From the NCBI GenBank assembly GCA_017558545.1, contig JAFYUG010000218.1, positions 1 to 28,169 on the forward strand: a DNA stretch of 28,169 nt. Direction: 5' to 3'. The notes under the pieces are model-generated. The model saw nothing but the letters and a program-made list of their open reading frames with translations, was not told where the DNA came from and searched no databases. Source of the DNA: Oscillospiraceae bacterium (GTDB lineage: Bacteria > Bacillota > Clostridia > Oscillospirales > Oscillospiraceae). The position numbers and the translations under genes are program-made. This document shows positions 16,999-25,532 of this stretch, in pieces. Within the stretch, counting starts at the first letter, position 1. Each line of letters opens with the position of its first letter.

Positions 16999-17898
16999 TC
17001 AGGCTCTGGGATGAGCTTTGTTATATACATCTTTCAGCTGTTTTTTCACAAGCTGAGAATAAATCTGGGTAGAACTGATGTCAGCATGGCCAAGCATTTC
17101 CTGAATGGAGCGGAGATCGGCTCCGTTTTCAAGAAGATGTGCAGCAAAGGAATGACGAAGAGTATGGGGAGTGATTGTCTTTTCTATGCCGGCCTTAACC
17201 TGATAGGATTTAATAAGCTTCCAAAATCCCTGTCGAGACATTCTCTCTCCGCTGACGTTAACGAAAAGGGCCTTCTCGTCGGGTGTGGCTATCATCTGAG
17301 GTCTGATGAACTCAACATATTCGTTGAGCGCTCTTATGGCGGCGGGATAAAGAGGGATAGCTCTATCATGCTCACGGCCATGGCAGGTGATAATTCCTGC
17401 TGCAAGGCTGAGATCGGAAAGGTCGAGAGATATAAGCTCGCTTACTCTAATTCCGGTGGCATAAAGCAATTCCAGCATAGCTCTGTCGCGATAGCCCTTA
17501 GCATCGATGCACTCGGGCTGCTCGAGCAAAAGCTCAACTTCCTTGCTGGTAAGAATCTGAGGAAGTTTCTGAGTTGTTTTATCAGGAACGAGAACGTTTG
17601 CGGGATTGGACTCAACAAGACCCTCGTTAAGAAGGTAAGAATAAAAACCCTTTATAGATGCAATTGCTCTGGAAACAGTTGCAACGCTTTTGCCTTTTCC
17701 CTTAAGCCAATTTATGTATTCACCGAGAACGTCCTCGTCAGCGGTGATAAAAGTACAATCAGTGTGCGATTCAAGAAAATCGCTGAGCTGTCTTATGTCT
17801 CTGAGATATGAACTCAGAGTATTAATAGATGCTTTTTTAACATCCTTGAGATAAGACTCATATTTTTCCAAACAAATCTTATCATTCACTTTGGTCAT
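16999..17898 (-). CDS. xerD: Site-specific tyrosine recombinase XerD
   Basis: N-terminal SAM-like domain; RDRAMLELLYATGIRVSEL, HTLRHSFAAH and LGHADISSTQIY; located downstream of a spoIIM-like gene. Confidence 0.88.
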   Translation of the reverse strand: MTKVNDKICLEKYESYLKDVKKASINTLSSYLRDIRQLSDFLESHTDCTFITADEDVLGEYINWLKGKGKSVATVSRAIASIKGFYSYLLNEGLVESNPANVLVPDKTTQKLPQILTSKEVELLLEQPECIDAKGYRDRAMLELLYATGIRVSELISLDLSDLSLAAGIITCHGREHDRAIPLYPAAIRALNEYVEFIRPQMIATPDEKALFVNVSGERMSRQGFWKLIKSYQVKAGIEKTITPHTLRHSFAAHLLENGADLRSIQEMLGHADISSTQIYSQLVKKQLKDVYNKAHPRA

Positions 17899-17920
17899 AT
17901 CCCCCTTTCGATAGTATTCT

Positions 17921-18466
17921 TTATATGAAAAAAAGCGGCAAAAGATATTTATAGTATAAAATCTCTGCGGCGCAAAGTGGTATGCAGTACACTATATATC
18001 TAACAAGTGTAAAATCATCCTTAACAAAACCATAACTCCTGCCAAGGTTTAATCTATATGATGACGAAATGCTTTTGGAAGCCAAAATAAAATAACATGG
18101 TAAAAATAAAGCTGCACAAATTGCTTCGCCAAAAATAAAACGTAAAAGTCCGGAGTTAACAGCTAAGATAGATGAGGATAAAACAGCCGAAAAAATAAAA
18201 CCTCTAATAAAGAGTGCCGCAGGGATTAATATAAATCCCAAATAACTGGTGGAGAGAAATATAGTAAGAATAATAACTCCTATATCCAACCAGAGTCTAA
18301 AGCTATGATCGCTATATGGAACGTCTTGAAACAAAGGACTTGAAGCCATACTGCCGAAGAACATTCCGGATATAAAGCATAGAAAAACGGAAAGATAAAG
18401 GTTTTTAGCTTTGGCTGCGTAACCACGTCTTACAGCTTTGGTTAATGTTTGAAAATGCTTTTTCAT
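17921..18466 (-). CDS. Membrane protein, probably a divergent stage II sporulation protein M
   Basis: Several TM helices. FLSTSYLGFILIPAALFIRGF resembles the SpoIIM G...IP...F.RGF motif, and spoIIM-xerD synteny is typical of Firmicutes. Confidence 0.6.
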   Translation of the reverse strand: MKKHFQTLTKAVRRGYAAKAKNLYLSVFLCFISGMFFGSMASSPLFQDVPYSDHSFRLWLDIGVIILTIFLSTSYLGFILIPAALFIRGFIFSAVLSSSILAVNSGLLRFIFGEAICAALFLPCYFILASKSISSSYRLNLGRSYGFVKDDFTLVRYIVYCIPLCAAEILYYKYLLPLFFI

Positions 18467-18746
18467 TATTATTATATTGATTCCTTACGAGTTGCATAAT
18501 TCGGCAATTTACATAATAATGAGTATACACAATATAATACAAAAGCCATCAGTTATCAAGTGATTTGACGAAAAAAATTGATTTTTGTTAATTATGACCA
18601 CATATTATGTAAACGCAATTATGTAAACTAGCAAACCTGAGCTGATTACAGAATGATTTCATCCCCTAAAATGAGGCTTGGCAACCAATATATAGGCGTA
18701 AATTAAGCTATCTAAACTATATATTGGTTATCGCACTTAAATTATG

Positions 18747-19196
18747 TTAACCCTCTCTTTTGATTACTCTTTGTATATGCGCGTGCGAATTTTTATTTCT
18801 TTTATGCAATTTGCTATTTTTGTTTTTATTAATAGATATAAAAACGCAACTTAACATACATATAATCAGGCTAATTATCGCTCCCAATACATCCATTTCT
18901 TTTTCCGGAAATGCGATGGAGATAGCAATAGAAAACGCAAATAAGATTATGGCACAGCATAAAGTGTTGATTCCGGCCTCTCCCCTCCCCTTCGATGCAT
19001 ACGAGCATGATATCATTGCCGTTAGTAATAAAATGATTTTGGGATATATGTATATTAGTTCGTATGGCAATAATTCTTTTTGGATGAGAAAAGCAATTAT
19101 TGCACTGCCGAAGAGATATATTAAAATACCAATAATAACTGCAATAAATATTGTTTTGATGTCTATTATCGATTTTGACGTTTCGCATTTGGCCAT
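18747..19196 (-). CDS. TIGR04086/YrzE-like (DUF3792) membrane protein
   Basis: Four hydrophobic segments; position downstream of yajC is typical. Start reassigned to ATG 19196 behind ggagg. Confidence 0.6.
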   Translation of the reverse strand: MAKCETSKSIIDIKTIFIAVIIGILIYLFGSAIIAFLIQKELLPYELIYIYPKIILLLTAMISCSYASKGRGEAGINTLCCAIILFAFSIAISIAFPEKEMDVLGAIISLIICMLSCVFISINKNKNSKLHKRNKNSHAHIQRVIKREG

Positions 19197-19250
19197 AATA
19201 AAACCTCCCGGGATCAAGCTTTATCTAAGCCTATTCCGGGAGGTTTTATT
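19197..19250 (-). promoter_or_regulatory. 15-bp hairpin after yajC that contains the SD of the next gene
   Basis: aataaaacctcccgg ... ccgggaggttttatt, directly followed by ATG. Confidence 0.7.
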
Positions 19251-19265
19251 TAATTCATATATTTG

Positions 19266-19658
19266 TTATTTGCTTTCGCTATCGTTCTTCTGAACACCGT
19301 TGGTGGAAATTGCCCACTTGGTGACCTGGATGCGAACGCGATCTTCACCGGTTTCAAAGGTGATGAGGTCGCCGCTGATGTGAACGATCTTGCCAACGAG
19401 GCCGCCGATGGTGGTGATCTTATCGCCACCTTCAAGGCTGTTTCTCATCTCTTCAGCCTTTTTCTTCTTCTTGTTCTCGGGACGGATGAGGAAGAAGTAG
19501 AAGACAACGATGAGAACAACGATCATGATGATAGAAGAAGCGCCGCCGGCGGTACCGCCTTCAGCAGTAGTACCGGTGGTTGCGCAGCCGGTGAACATCA
19601 TGCAAGCAAGAGCTACAACAAGGATAATGCTAAAAATCTTTTTAATGTTTGCGTTCAT
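19266..19658 (-). CDS. yajC: Preprotein translocase subunit YajC with an N-terminal signal-like extension
   Basis: SD aggagg precedes ATG 19658. FYFFLIRP...GDKITTIGGLVGKI...ETGEDRVRIQVTKWAI. Confidence 0.93.
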   Translation of the reverse strand: MNANIKKIFSIILVVALACMMFTGCATTGTTAEGGTAGGASSIIMIVVLIVVFYFFLIRPENKKKKKAEEMRNSLEGGDKITTIGGLVGKIVHISGDLITFETGEDRVRIQVTKWAISTNGVQKNDSESK

Positions 19659-19688
19659 TTCGAACCCTCCTAAAGTAATACGAATGAT

Positions 19689-19717
19689 AGTATATAGTTT
19701 ATTTGGACAAATTGCAA
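19689..19717 (-). promoter_or_regulatory. Internal sigma-A promoter of yajC
   Basis: TTGCAA-N17-TATACT. Confidence 0.6.
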
Positions 19718-19722
19718 GAGTT

Positions 19723-20853
19723 TTATATTCTCTTTGCAAGCAATTCGCTGTAATGATTTCTGAAGGCGGTAAATTCGCCGGCATCGAGAGCGTCGCGAAT
19801 TTTCTGCATAAGTTCGTTATAGAAATAGAGGTTATGCATTACCATGAGGCGCAGGGCAAGAGGCTCCTGAGCTTTGAGAAGATGACGAATATAGGAGCGG
19901 GAGAATCTACGGCATACGGGACAATCGCAATTGGGGTCTATGGGAAGTGTGTCGCGCTCATATTTCTTGTTATTCATATTCATAACACCGTTCCAGGTGA
20001 ACAAATGACCATGACGGCCGTTTCTGGAAGGCATTACGCAATCGAAGAAATCAACGCCGCGATAAACGGCCTCAATAATATTGCTGGGTGTTCCAACGCC
20101 CATAAGATACCTTGGTTTATCCTTAGGCATGAATTCTTCAACACTCTCGATAGTGTCATACATCTCTGCGTGAGTTTCGCCAACAGCGAGACCACCTATT
20201 GCATATCCGGGCAAATCAAGTTCGGCAATTTTAAGCATATGGTCGCGTCGAAGATCATGGAAGGTAGTTCCCTGGTTTATGCCAAAAAGTACCTGACCGG
20301 GGTTGATGGCGTCGGATTCGCTGTTATACTGGGTAAGAGCTGTCTTGCAGCGCTCAAGCCATCTATAGGTGCGGTCGCAGGATGCTTTTACATATTCATA
20401 GGGAGAAGGAATCTTGATGCACTCGTCAAATGCCATGGCAATATCGGAGCCAAGATTGGCCTGAATTCTCATGCTTTCCTCGGGGCCCATGAAGATTTTC
20501 TTTCCGTCGAGGTGGGAGTTGAAATATACGCCCTCCTCCCCTATCTTTCTGAGAACTGCAAGAGAAAATACCTGAAATCCGCCGCTATCGGTGAGTATGG
20601 GTTTTTCCCAAGTCATAAACTTATGAAGTCCACCCATGTCCTTTATAAGCTCATCGCCGGGACGAACATGGAGATGGTATGTGTTGGAAAGCTCGACCTG
20701 GCAGCCGATGAGCTCCAAATCTTCGGCGGACAGACCGCCCTTAATCGCGGCCTGAGTGCCAACATTCATAAATACAGGAGTCTGAATAACGCCGTGAGGT
20801 GTGGTGAACTCGCCTCTTCTGGCCTTGCCTTCAGTTTTAATTAATTTGAACAT
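19723..20853 (-). CDS. tgt: tRNA-guanine transglycosylase (preQ1-inserting type)
   Basis: TP.FMNVGT, TDSGGFQVFSL, FDEC, GGLAVGE and the zinc site CDCPVC...H. Confidence 0.98.
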   Translation of the reverse strand: MFKLIKTEGKARRGEFTTPHGVIQTPVFMNVGTQAAIKGGLSAEDLELIGCQVELSNTYHLHVRPGDELIKDMGGLHKFMTWEKPILTDSGGFQVFSLAVLRKIGEEGVYFNSHLDGKKIFMGPEESMRIQANLGSDIAMAFDECIKIPSPYEYVKASCDRTYRWLERCKTALTQYNSESDAINPGQVLFGINQGTTFHDLRRDHMLKIAELDLPGYAIGGLAVGETHAEMYDTIESVEEFMPKDKPRYLMGVGTPSNIIEAVYRGVDFFDCVMPSRNGRHGHLFTWNGVMNMNNKKYERDTLPIDPNCDCPVCRRFSRSYIRHLLKAQEPLALRLMVMHNLYFYNELMQKIRDALDAGEFTAFRNHYSELLAKRI

Positions 20854-20861
20854 ATTAGCTC

Positions 20862-21884
20862 CTATTCTATCATCATGGCATCGCCGAAGGAGAAAAAGCG
20901 GTATTTTTCGCTGACGGCGTTGTTATATGCGTTAAGTATATTCTCGCGTCCTGCCAAGGCAGATACGAGCATAATCAGGGTGCTTTCTGGAAGATGGAAG
21001 TTTGTTATAAGGGCATCGATGCATTTGAATTTATAGCCGGGATAAATAAATATCTTTGTCCAGCCGCTTTTTGCTTCCATTATACCGCTTTCGCCCATAA
21101 AACTTTCCAAAGTGCGGCAAGAGGTTGTGCCAACGGCGATAACACGTCCGCCTGCGGCTTTGGTATCGTTTATTGCTTTGGCGGTTTCCTCGGGAATCAT
21201 GCAAAATTCGGAATGCATTTCATGGTCGAGAATATCCTCTTCCTTCACGGGACGGAAGGTTCCAAGACCAACATGAAGGGTAACAAAATGCACCTTCACA
21301 CCCATAGCTTTAATTTCCTCAAGAAGTTCCTGAGTAAAGTGCAATCCTGCGGTGGGAGCTGCTGCAGAGCCGATTTCGCGGGAATATACTGTTTGGTAAC
21401 GCTCTTTGTCCTGAAGCTCGGCTTTGATATAGGGAGGCAGAGGCATTTTACCCAAACGGTCGAGAATTTCGAGGAAAATTCCTTCATATTCAAACTGGAG
21501 AATTCTGTTTCCGTCTTCGATTACATCGGTGACAGTTGCTTTAAGCTCTTTATTGCCGAAATATATTTCGGCGCCGGGACGGGTCATTTTGCCGGGACGG
21601 GTAAGGCATTCCCATTTTCCTTCTCCAAGGTCGCGAAGAAGAACAACTTCAATGCTGCCGCCGGTGCTGCGCTGGCCATAAAGTCTGGCAGGCATAACTC
21701 TGGAGTCGTTGAGGACGAGACAATCCCCTGCACGGAGATGTTCCTTAATATTGAAGAAATGCTCATGGCTTATTGCGCCGGTTTCTTTATTGAGGTGCAA
21801 AAGCTTGGAACTATCGCGCTTTTCCAGAGGGGTTTGCGCAATCAGTTCTTCGGGAAGATCAAAATAAAAATCAGATTTTTTCAT
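20862..21884 (-). CDS. queA: S-adenosylmethionine:tRNA ribosyltransferase-isomerase
   Basis: [36 protein letters not shown] and [10 protein letters not shown]. Confidence 0.98.
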   Translation of the reverse strand: MKKSDFYFDLPEELIAQTPLEKRDSSKLLHLNKETGAISHEHFFNIKEHLRAGDCLVLNDSRVMPARLYGQRSTGGSIEVVLLRDLGEGKWECLTRPGKMTRPGAEIYFGNKELKATVTDVIEDGNRILQFEYEGIFLEILDRLGKMPLPPYIKAELQDKERYQTVYSREIGSAAAPTAGLHFTQELLEEIKAMGVKVHFVTLHVGLGTFRPVKEEDILDHEMHSEFCMIPEETAKAINDTKAAGGRVIAVGTTSCRTLESFMGESGIMEAKSGWTKIFIYPGYKFKCIDALITNFHLPESTLIMLVSALAGRENILNAYNNAVSEKYRFFSFGDAMMIE

Positions 21885-21889
21885 TATGC

Positions 21890-23311
21890 TTAAGTTCCGT
21901 AACCGAGACCTACTCCGGTATAGTAGAATCCCAGAATCTCCTTATAAGATTTATCGAAGTATCTGGCCATTGAATAAGCTCCATACTGACTCATGCCAAG
22001 GTGGTGACCATATCCTTTGCCTTCAAAGGTAAAAGTGCCGGGTGTTGCGGATTTAACGGTATAGTGCATACTGTATAGGCCTAGAGCAATTCTGCAATTA
22101 GCTTGGTACAAAGTTTTGCTCTCGCCGGTGACAGATGTGAACTCGATAGCTATAATATTGCCGTTGGCAGAGGATTTTGTTTGAACGCGGGTGATTCTGC
22201 TCATTCCCAGCATTTCTCCAAGCTCGGTGCCTGTATAGCTTACAGACCAGTTTGCCATGGGATTCATGAAGTCAACAAAGCTGTCATAAGGGTCGGCTTT
22301 GCCCTTCAAATAAGGGTGTGAATAACTGCCGTTGACGTTGTAGTTATCTTCGCTGGCGCCTCCGTTGGAGGAACAATACAAGGTGTCTGCAAGAGAGCCG
22401 TTATATATGATATACTGGTTTGCTGTGCTTTTAACCGCAAGGGTGATATTGTCATTAACCTTGCTATTGCCTTCATAAGCTTGGAAGTATGTATCTCCTG
22501 TTACATCAAAACCGCAACGGGTGTAATAATTGGTGTTCATGATATGCTTTTGTGCATATGTTCTGGCTGCAACAGCCTGAGCCTTCATGGTTTCAAGAGG
22601 CCAATCGGCATCCATTTCTGCGGCACATACGCCCATAACATAGCTTTCAAGATCAACAACATTGATTACACTGATTCTTCCGCCGCCTAATACGGCAAAT
22701 TCAAATCCGCCGCGATAAAGGCCGTTTTTGAATTTAATTCCGCCCTCTTCATTCTCGGTTATGGGACGAATAGCAAGCTTTATATCCTTGTCGGTGTAAT
22801 CGAGCTCGTATACTTTTTCTCCGGTGATGCTGTCATATACTGCAATACCGCATTCCTCAATTACTTTGAGGGTAAGATACTGAGCTTCGCATGTTGTTTT
22901 GGGGTTAAAGCCCCTGCCGGAGTCATAGTAGCCAAAAGTGAAACCAAGTCCTTCGGGATTTTCAAGGCGTACCTCGATAAGACTGCTGTCTTGCAGATAA
23001 GAGTAATAGTAATTAAGGCCAACTTTGATAACGGTGGACTTAATTTTGATTTCTCCGTTATGGAATAGAAGTCCGGTTTCCGACTCGTCCTCCCCTATTG
23101 CTTCGGTTCCGTTGGAAGTTATGGCATAAAGCTCATTGTTCCCAAGAGAAGCAATACCATTAGCTCCAATTGCAAATAGATCGGAAAGATTGCCGCTATA
23201 TGTGTTTTCGGGAGAATTGATACTAATTATTCCTGCAGCAAAAACGGCAGTGCATAAGAAAACAAATATCAACAAAATGGTAATAAAAATTAAAATAAAT
23301 CGTTTATTCAT
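21890..23311 (-). CDS. SpoIID/LytB domain protein (lytic transglycosylase-like)
   Basis: Signal/TM N-terminus; [10 protein letters not shown]...[11 protein letters not shown] and [14 protein letters not shown]...IL.FYY. Start is ATG 23311 or TTG 23329. Confidence 0.9.
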   Translation of the reverse strand: MNKRFILIFITILLIFVFLCTAVFAAGIISINSPENTYSGNLSDLFAIGANGIASLGNNELYAITSNGTEAIGEDESETGLLFHNGEIKIKSTVIKVGLNYYYSYLQDSSLIEVRLENPEGLGFTFGYYDSGRGFNPKTTCEAQYLTLKVIEECGIAVYDSITGEKVYELDYTDKDIKLAIRPITENEEGGIKFKNGLYRGGFEFAVLGGGRISVINVVDLESYVMGVCAAEMDADWPLETMKAQAVAARTYAQKHIMNTNYYTRCGFDVTGDTYFQAYEGNSKVNDNITLAVKSTANQYIIYNGSLADTLYCSSNGGASEDNYNVNGSYSHPYLKGKADPYDSFVDFMNPMANWSVSYTGTELGEMLGMSRITRVQTKSSANGNIIAIEFTSVTGESKTLYQANCRIALGLYSMHYTVKSATPGTFTFEGKGYGHHLGMSQYGAYSMARYFDKSYKEILGFYYTGVGLGYGT

Positions 23312-23329
23312 TAAATCACTAAATTCCAA

Positions 23330-23358
23330 TTGAAATAATAAAATAGAAGTGCTATAAT
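23330..23358 (+). promoter_or_regulatory. Sigma-A promoter of asd-dapA
   Basis: TTGAAA-N17-TATAAT with an extended -10 TG. Confidence 0.7.
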
Positions 23359-23392
23359 ACGGAAATTAAGACCCCGCATAAGCCGCTGCGTA

Positions 23393-23421
23393 ATTATATA
23401 GTATTTTTAAGATATTATCAA
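23393..23421 (-). promoter_or_regulatory. Sigma-A promoter of the SpoIID/LytB-queA-tgt-yajC operon
   Basis: TTGATA-N17-TATAAT on the minus strand. Confidence 0.65.
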
Positions 23422-23498
23422 GTGCATTTGTCGGAAGTAATATTTATCGGGATCTAAGCATACATTTTATTCAGGCGGCAGCCGGAAAGGATGCAAGT

Positions 23499-24587
23499 AT
23501 GGAAAAATATAAAGTTGGCGTTATTGGCGGAACCGGTATGGTTGGACAGCGTTTTGTCTCTTTGATGGATGGCCATCCTTGGTTTGACCTCACAGTTATT
23601 GCTGCAAGTGCAGGCAGCGCCGGTAAAACCTATGAAGAAGCAGCCGGAAAACGCTGGGCCATAGAAACGCCCATGCCCGAACAGTTTAAGGGTATTATAG
23701 TTAAAAACGCCGTTGAAGATATGAAAGAAATTGCTGATGAAGTTGATTTCATTTTCTGCGCCGTTGATATGAATAAGGAAGAGATTAAAAAGTTTGAGGA
23801 AGCTTACGCAAAGCTTGAGTGCCCTGTTATCTCCAATAACAGCGCTCATCGCTGGACCGAAGATGTTCCCATGGTTATTCCTGAGGTTAACCCTGAGCAT
23901 CTCGAAGTTATTCATGCTCAGCGCAAGCGCCTTGGCACCAAGCGCGGTTTTATAGCTGTAAAGAGTAACTGCTCCATTCAGAGCTATGTTCCCGCGCTTA
24001 GCCCCCTCCGCGAAAAATATGGCCTTACCAAAGTTCTTGCCTGCACTTATCAGGCTATTTCCGGCGCCGGTAAAACTTTCGAAACCTGGCCTGAGATGAT
24101 AGATAATGTTATTCCCTACATAGGCGGAGAGGAAGAAAAGAGCGAGCAGGAGCCTCTCAAGGTTTGGGGTAAGGTTGAAGATGGCGTAATTAAGGCTGCG
24201 TCTGATACTGCAATTACCGCCCAGTGCATCCGTGTTCCTGTAACCAACGGTCATCTTGCAGCTGTTTTTGCAAGCTTTGAGAAAAAGCCCGAAAAGGAAG
24301 AAATTCTCAAGATTTGGGAAGAATATAAGGGCATTCCCCAGCTTCATTCCCTTCCCACCGCTCCCAAACAGTTCCTTAATTATTTCGCAGAGGACAACAG
24401 ACCTCAGACCGGTGTTGACCGCAACATGGAAGGCGGCATGGCAATTTCCGTTGGCCGTCTGAGAGAAGATAGTCAGTATGACTATAAGTTCGTATGTCTT
24501 AGCCATAACACTCTTCGCGGTGCTGCAGGCGGCGGCGTTCTGCTTGCCGAGCTTCTCTGCGATCAGGGTTATATAACCAAAAAATAA
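23499..24587 (+). CDS. asd: Aspartate-semialdehyde dehydrogenase
   Basis: GGTGMVGQRF...HPWF, catalytic SNCS, RVPVTNGH and SHNTLRGAAGG. Confidence 0.96.
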   Translation: MEKYKVGVIGGTGMVGQRFVSLMDGHPWFDLTVIAASAGSAGKTYEEAAGKRWAIETPMPEQFKGIIVKNAVEDMKEIADEVDFIFCAVDMNKEEIKKFEEAYAKLECPVISNNSAHRWTEDVPMVIPEVNPEHLEVIHAQRKRLGTKRGFIAVKSNCSIQSYVPALSPLREKYGLTKVLACTYQAISGAGKTFETWPEMIDNVIPYIGGEEEKSEQEPLKVWGKVEDGVIKAASDTAITAQCIRVPVTNGHLAAVFASFEKKPEKEEILKIWEEYKGIPQLHSLPTAPKQFLNYFAEDNRPQTGVDRNMEGGMAISVGRLREDSQYDYKFVCLSHNTLRGAAGGGVLLAELLCDQGYITKK

Positions 24588-24605
24588 TTCCGAAAGGAGC
24601 TTTCT

Positions 24606-25490
24606 CTGAAAATACCTGTATTTGAAGGCGCCTGCACTGCCATCATAACCCCCTTTTGCGCCGATGGTATAGATTACCCTGCATTATCAAAGCAACTGGA
24701 TTTTCAATTGGTAAATGGAATTGAAGCCATTGTTGTGGCAGGAACAAGCGGAGAGAACTCTACTTTAGAAATCCACGAGCATGCTCAGCTCGTGGATTTT
24801 TCTATCAGAAAATGCGCCGGAAAGGCAAAGGTTTTGGTTGGTGTTGGAGGAAACAATACTTCCGCCTGCCTTAAAAAAGCAAAAAACGCCGCCGAAGCCG
24901 GAGCGGATGCAGTTATGATGACCGCTCCCTACTATAACAAATGCTCAAAAGATGGTATGATAAAACATTTTAAGACCATTGCCGATGAAGTGGATGTGCC
25001 TCTGATTTTGTATAATGTTCCCTCCCGCACGTCCATAGGAATAAGCTTTGAAGTATATAGAGCGCTGCATCGTCATCCCAATATAAACGGAACAAAAGAG
25101 GCCTCCGGGGATATTTCGCTGATAGGAAAAATTATTACAGAGCTGGGAGATAATTTTAACCTTTGGAGCGGAAATGATGATAATACTATTGCACTTATGA
25201 GCATGGGAGCAAAAGGGGTAATTTCTGTTGCGTCGAATATAATTCCTGCCGAAATAGCGCAGTTATGCTCCTTGTGCGGCGGAGGAAATTACAAGGCTGC
25301 ATGGGAAATATTCAGAAAATATAGGCGTTTGATGGAATTGATGTTTATTGATGTTAACCCAATCCCGGTAAAAACAGCTATGAAACTGATGGATATGGAT
25401 AAAGGGCACCTGCGTTTGCCGCTAACGGATATTGAGGCATCAAAGGAAAATCTAATCAAAGCAGAGCTTGAAAAATTAGGGCTAATTTAA
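24606..25490 (+). CDS. dapA: 4-hydroxy-tetrahydrodipicolinate synthase with a CTG start
   Basis: The frame extends 34 codons upstream of the ORF-track start, to CTG 24606 behind SD aaaggag. Motifs AIITPF, GTSGE, LYNVPSRT, KEASG and NPIPVK. Confidence 0.93.
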   Translation: MKIPVFEGACTAIITPFCADGIDYPALSKQLDFQLVNGIEAIVVAGTSGENSTLEIHEHAQLVDFSIRKCAGKAKVLVGVGGNNTSACLKKAKNAAEAGADAVMMTAPYYNKCSKDGMIKHFKTIADEVDVPLILYNVPSRTSIGISFEVYRALHRHPNINGTKEASGDISLIGKIITELGDNFNLWSGNDDNTIALMSMGAKGVISVASNIIPAEIAQLCSLCGGGNYKAAWEIFRKYRRLMELMFIDVNPIPVKTAMKLMDMDKGHLRLPLTDIEASKENLIKAELEKLGLI

Positions 25491-25491
25491 T

Positions 25492-25531
25492 AAAAAGCAT
25501 CCCGCGCTAAAATGTGTCGGGATGCTTTTTT
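25492..25531. terminator. Bidirectional terminator between dapA and glpK
   Basis: 13-bp stem aaaaagcatcccg / cgggatgcttttt. Confidence 0.88.
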
Positions 25532-25532
25532 C

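Noticed and set aside
16999-17898. xerD as a mobile-element integrase
   Set aside because: It sits in conserved spoIIM-xerD housekeeping synteny with no att repeats, tRNA or cargo genes.
18566-18572. Spo0A box TGACGAA upstream of the spoIIM-like gene
   Set aside because: It is a single degenerate 7-mer with no linked promoter identified, which is not enough evidence.
18588-18629. A complete canonical dif site around the TTATGTAAAC copies
   Set aside because: The sequences 6 nt upstream of these arms do not resemble a XerC arm. Only half-site similarity is supported, and that is reported as a finding.
19510-20844. Long antisense ORFs over housekeeping genes; also 14746-15441, 17011-17811, 20994-21893 and 23454-24506
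   Set aside because: They overlap tgt, ruvB, xerD, queA and asd codon-for-codon on the opposite strand, as expected from stop-poor reverse frames.
23359-23498. Lysine riboswitch upstream of asd
   Set aside because: The leader is only ~135 nt and lacks the conserved L-box elements and a terminator.
24585-24605. Asd-DapA readthrough fusion (same frame, single TAA)
   Set aside because: TAA is a poor readthrough codon, and a strong SD plus CTG explains dapA translation. A shared frame has a one-in-three chance.
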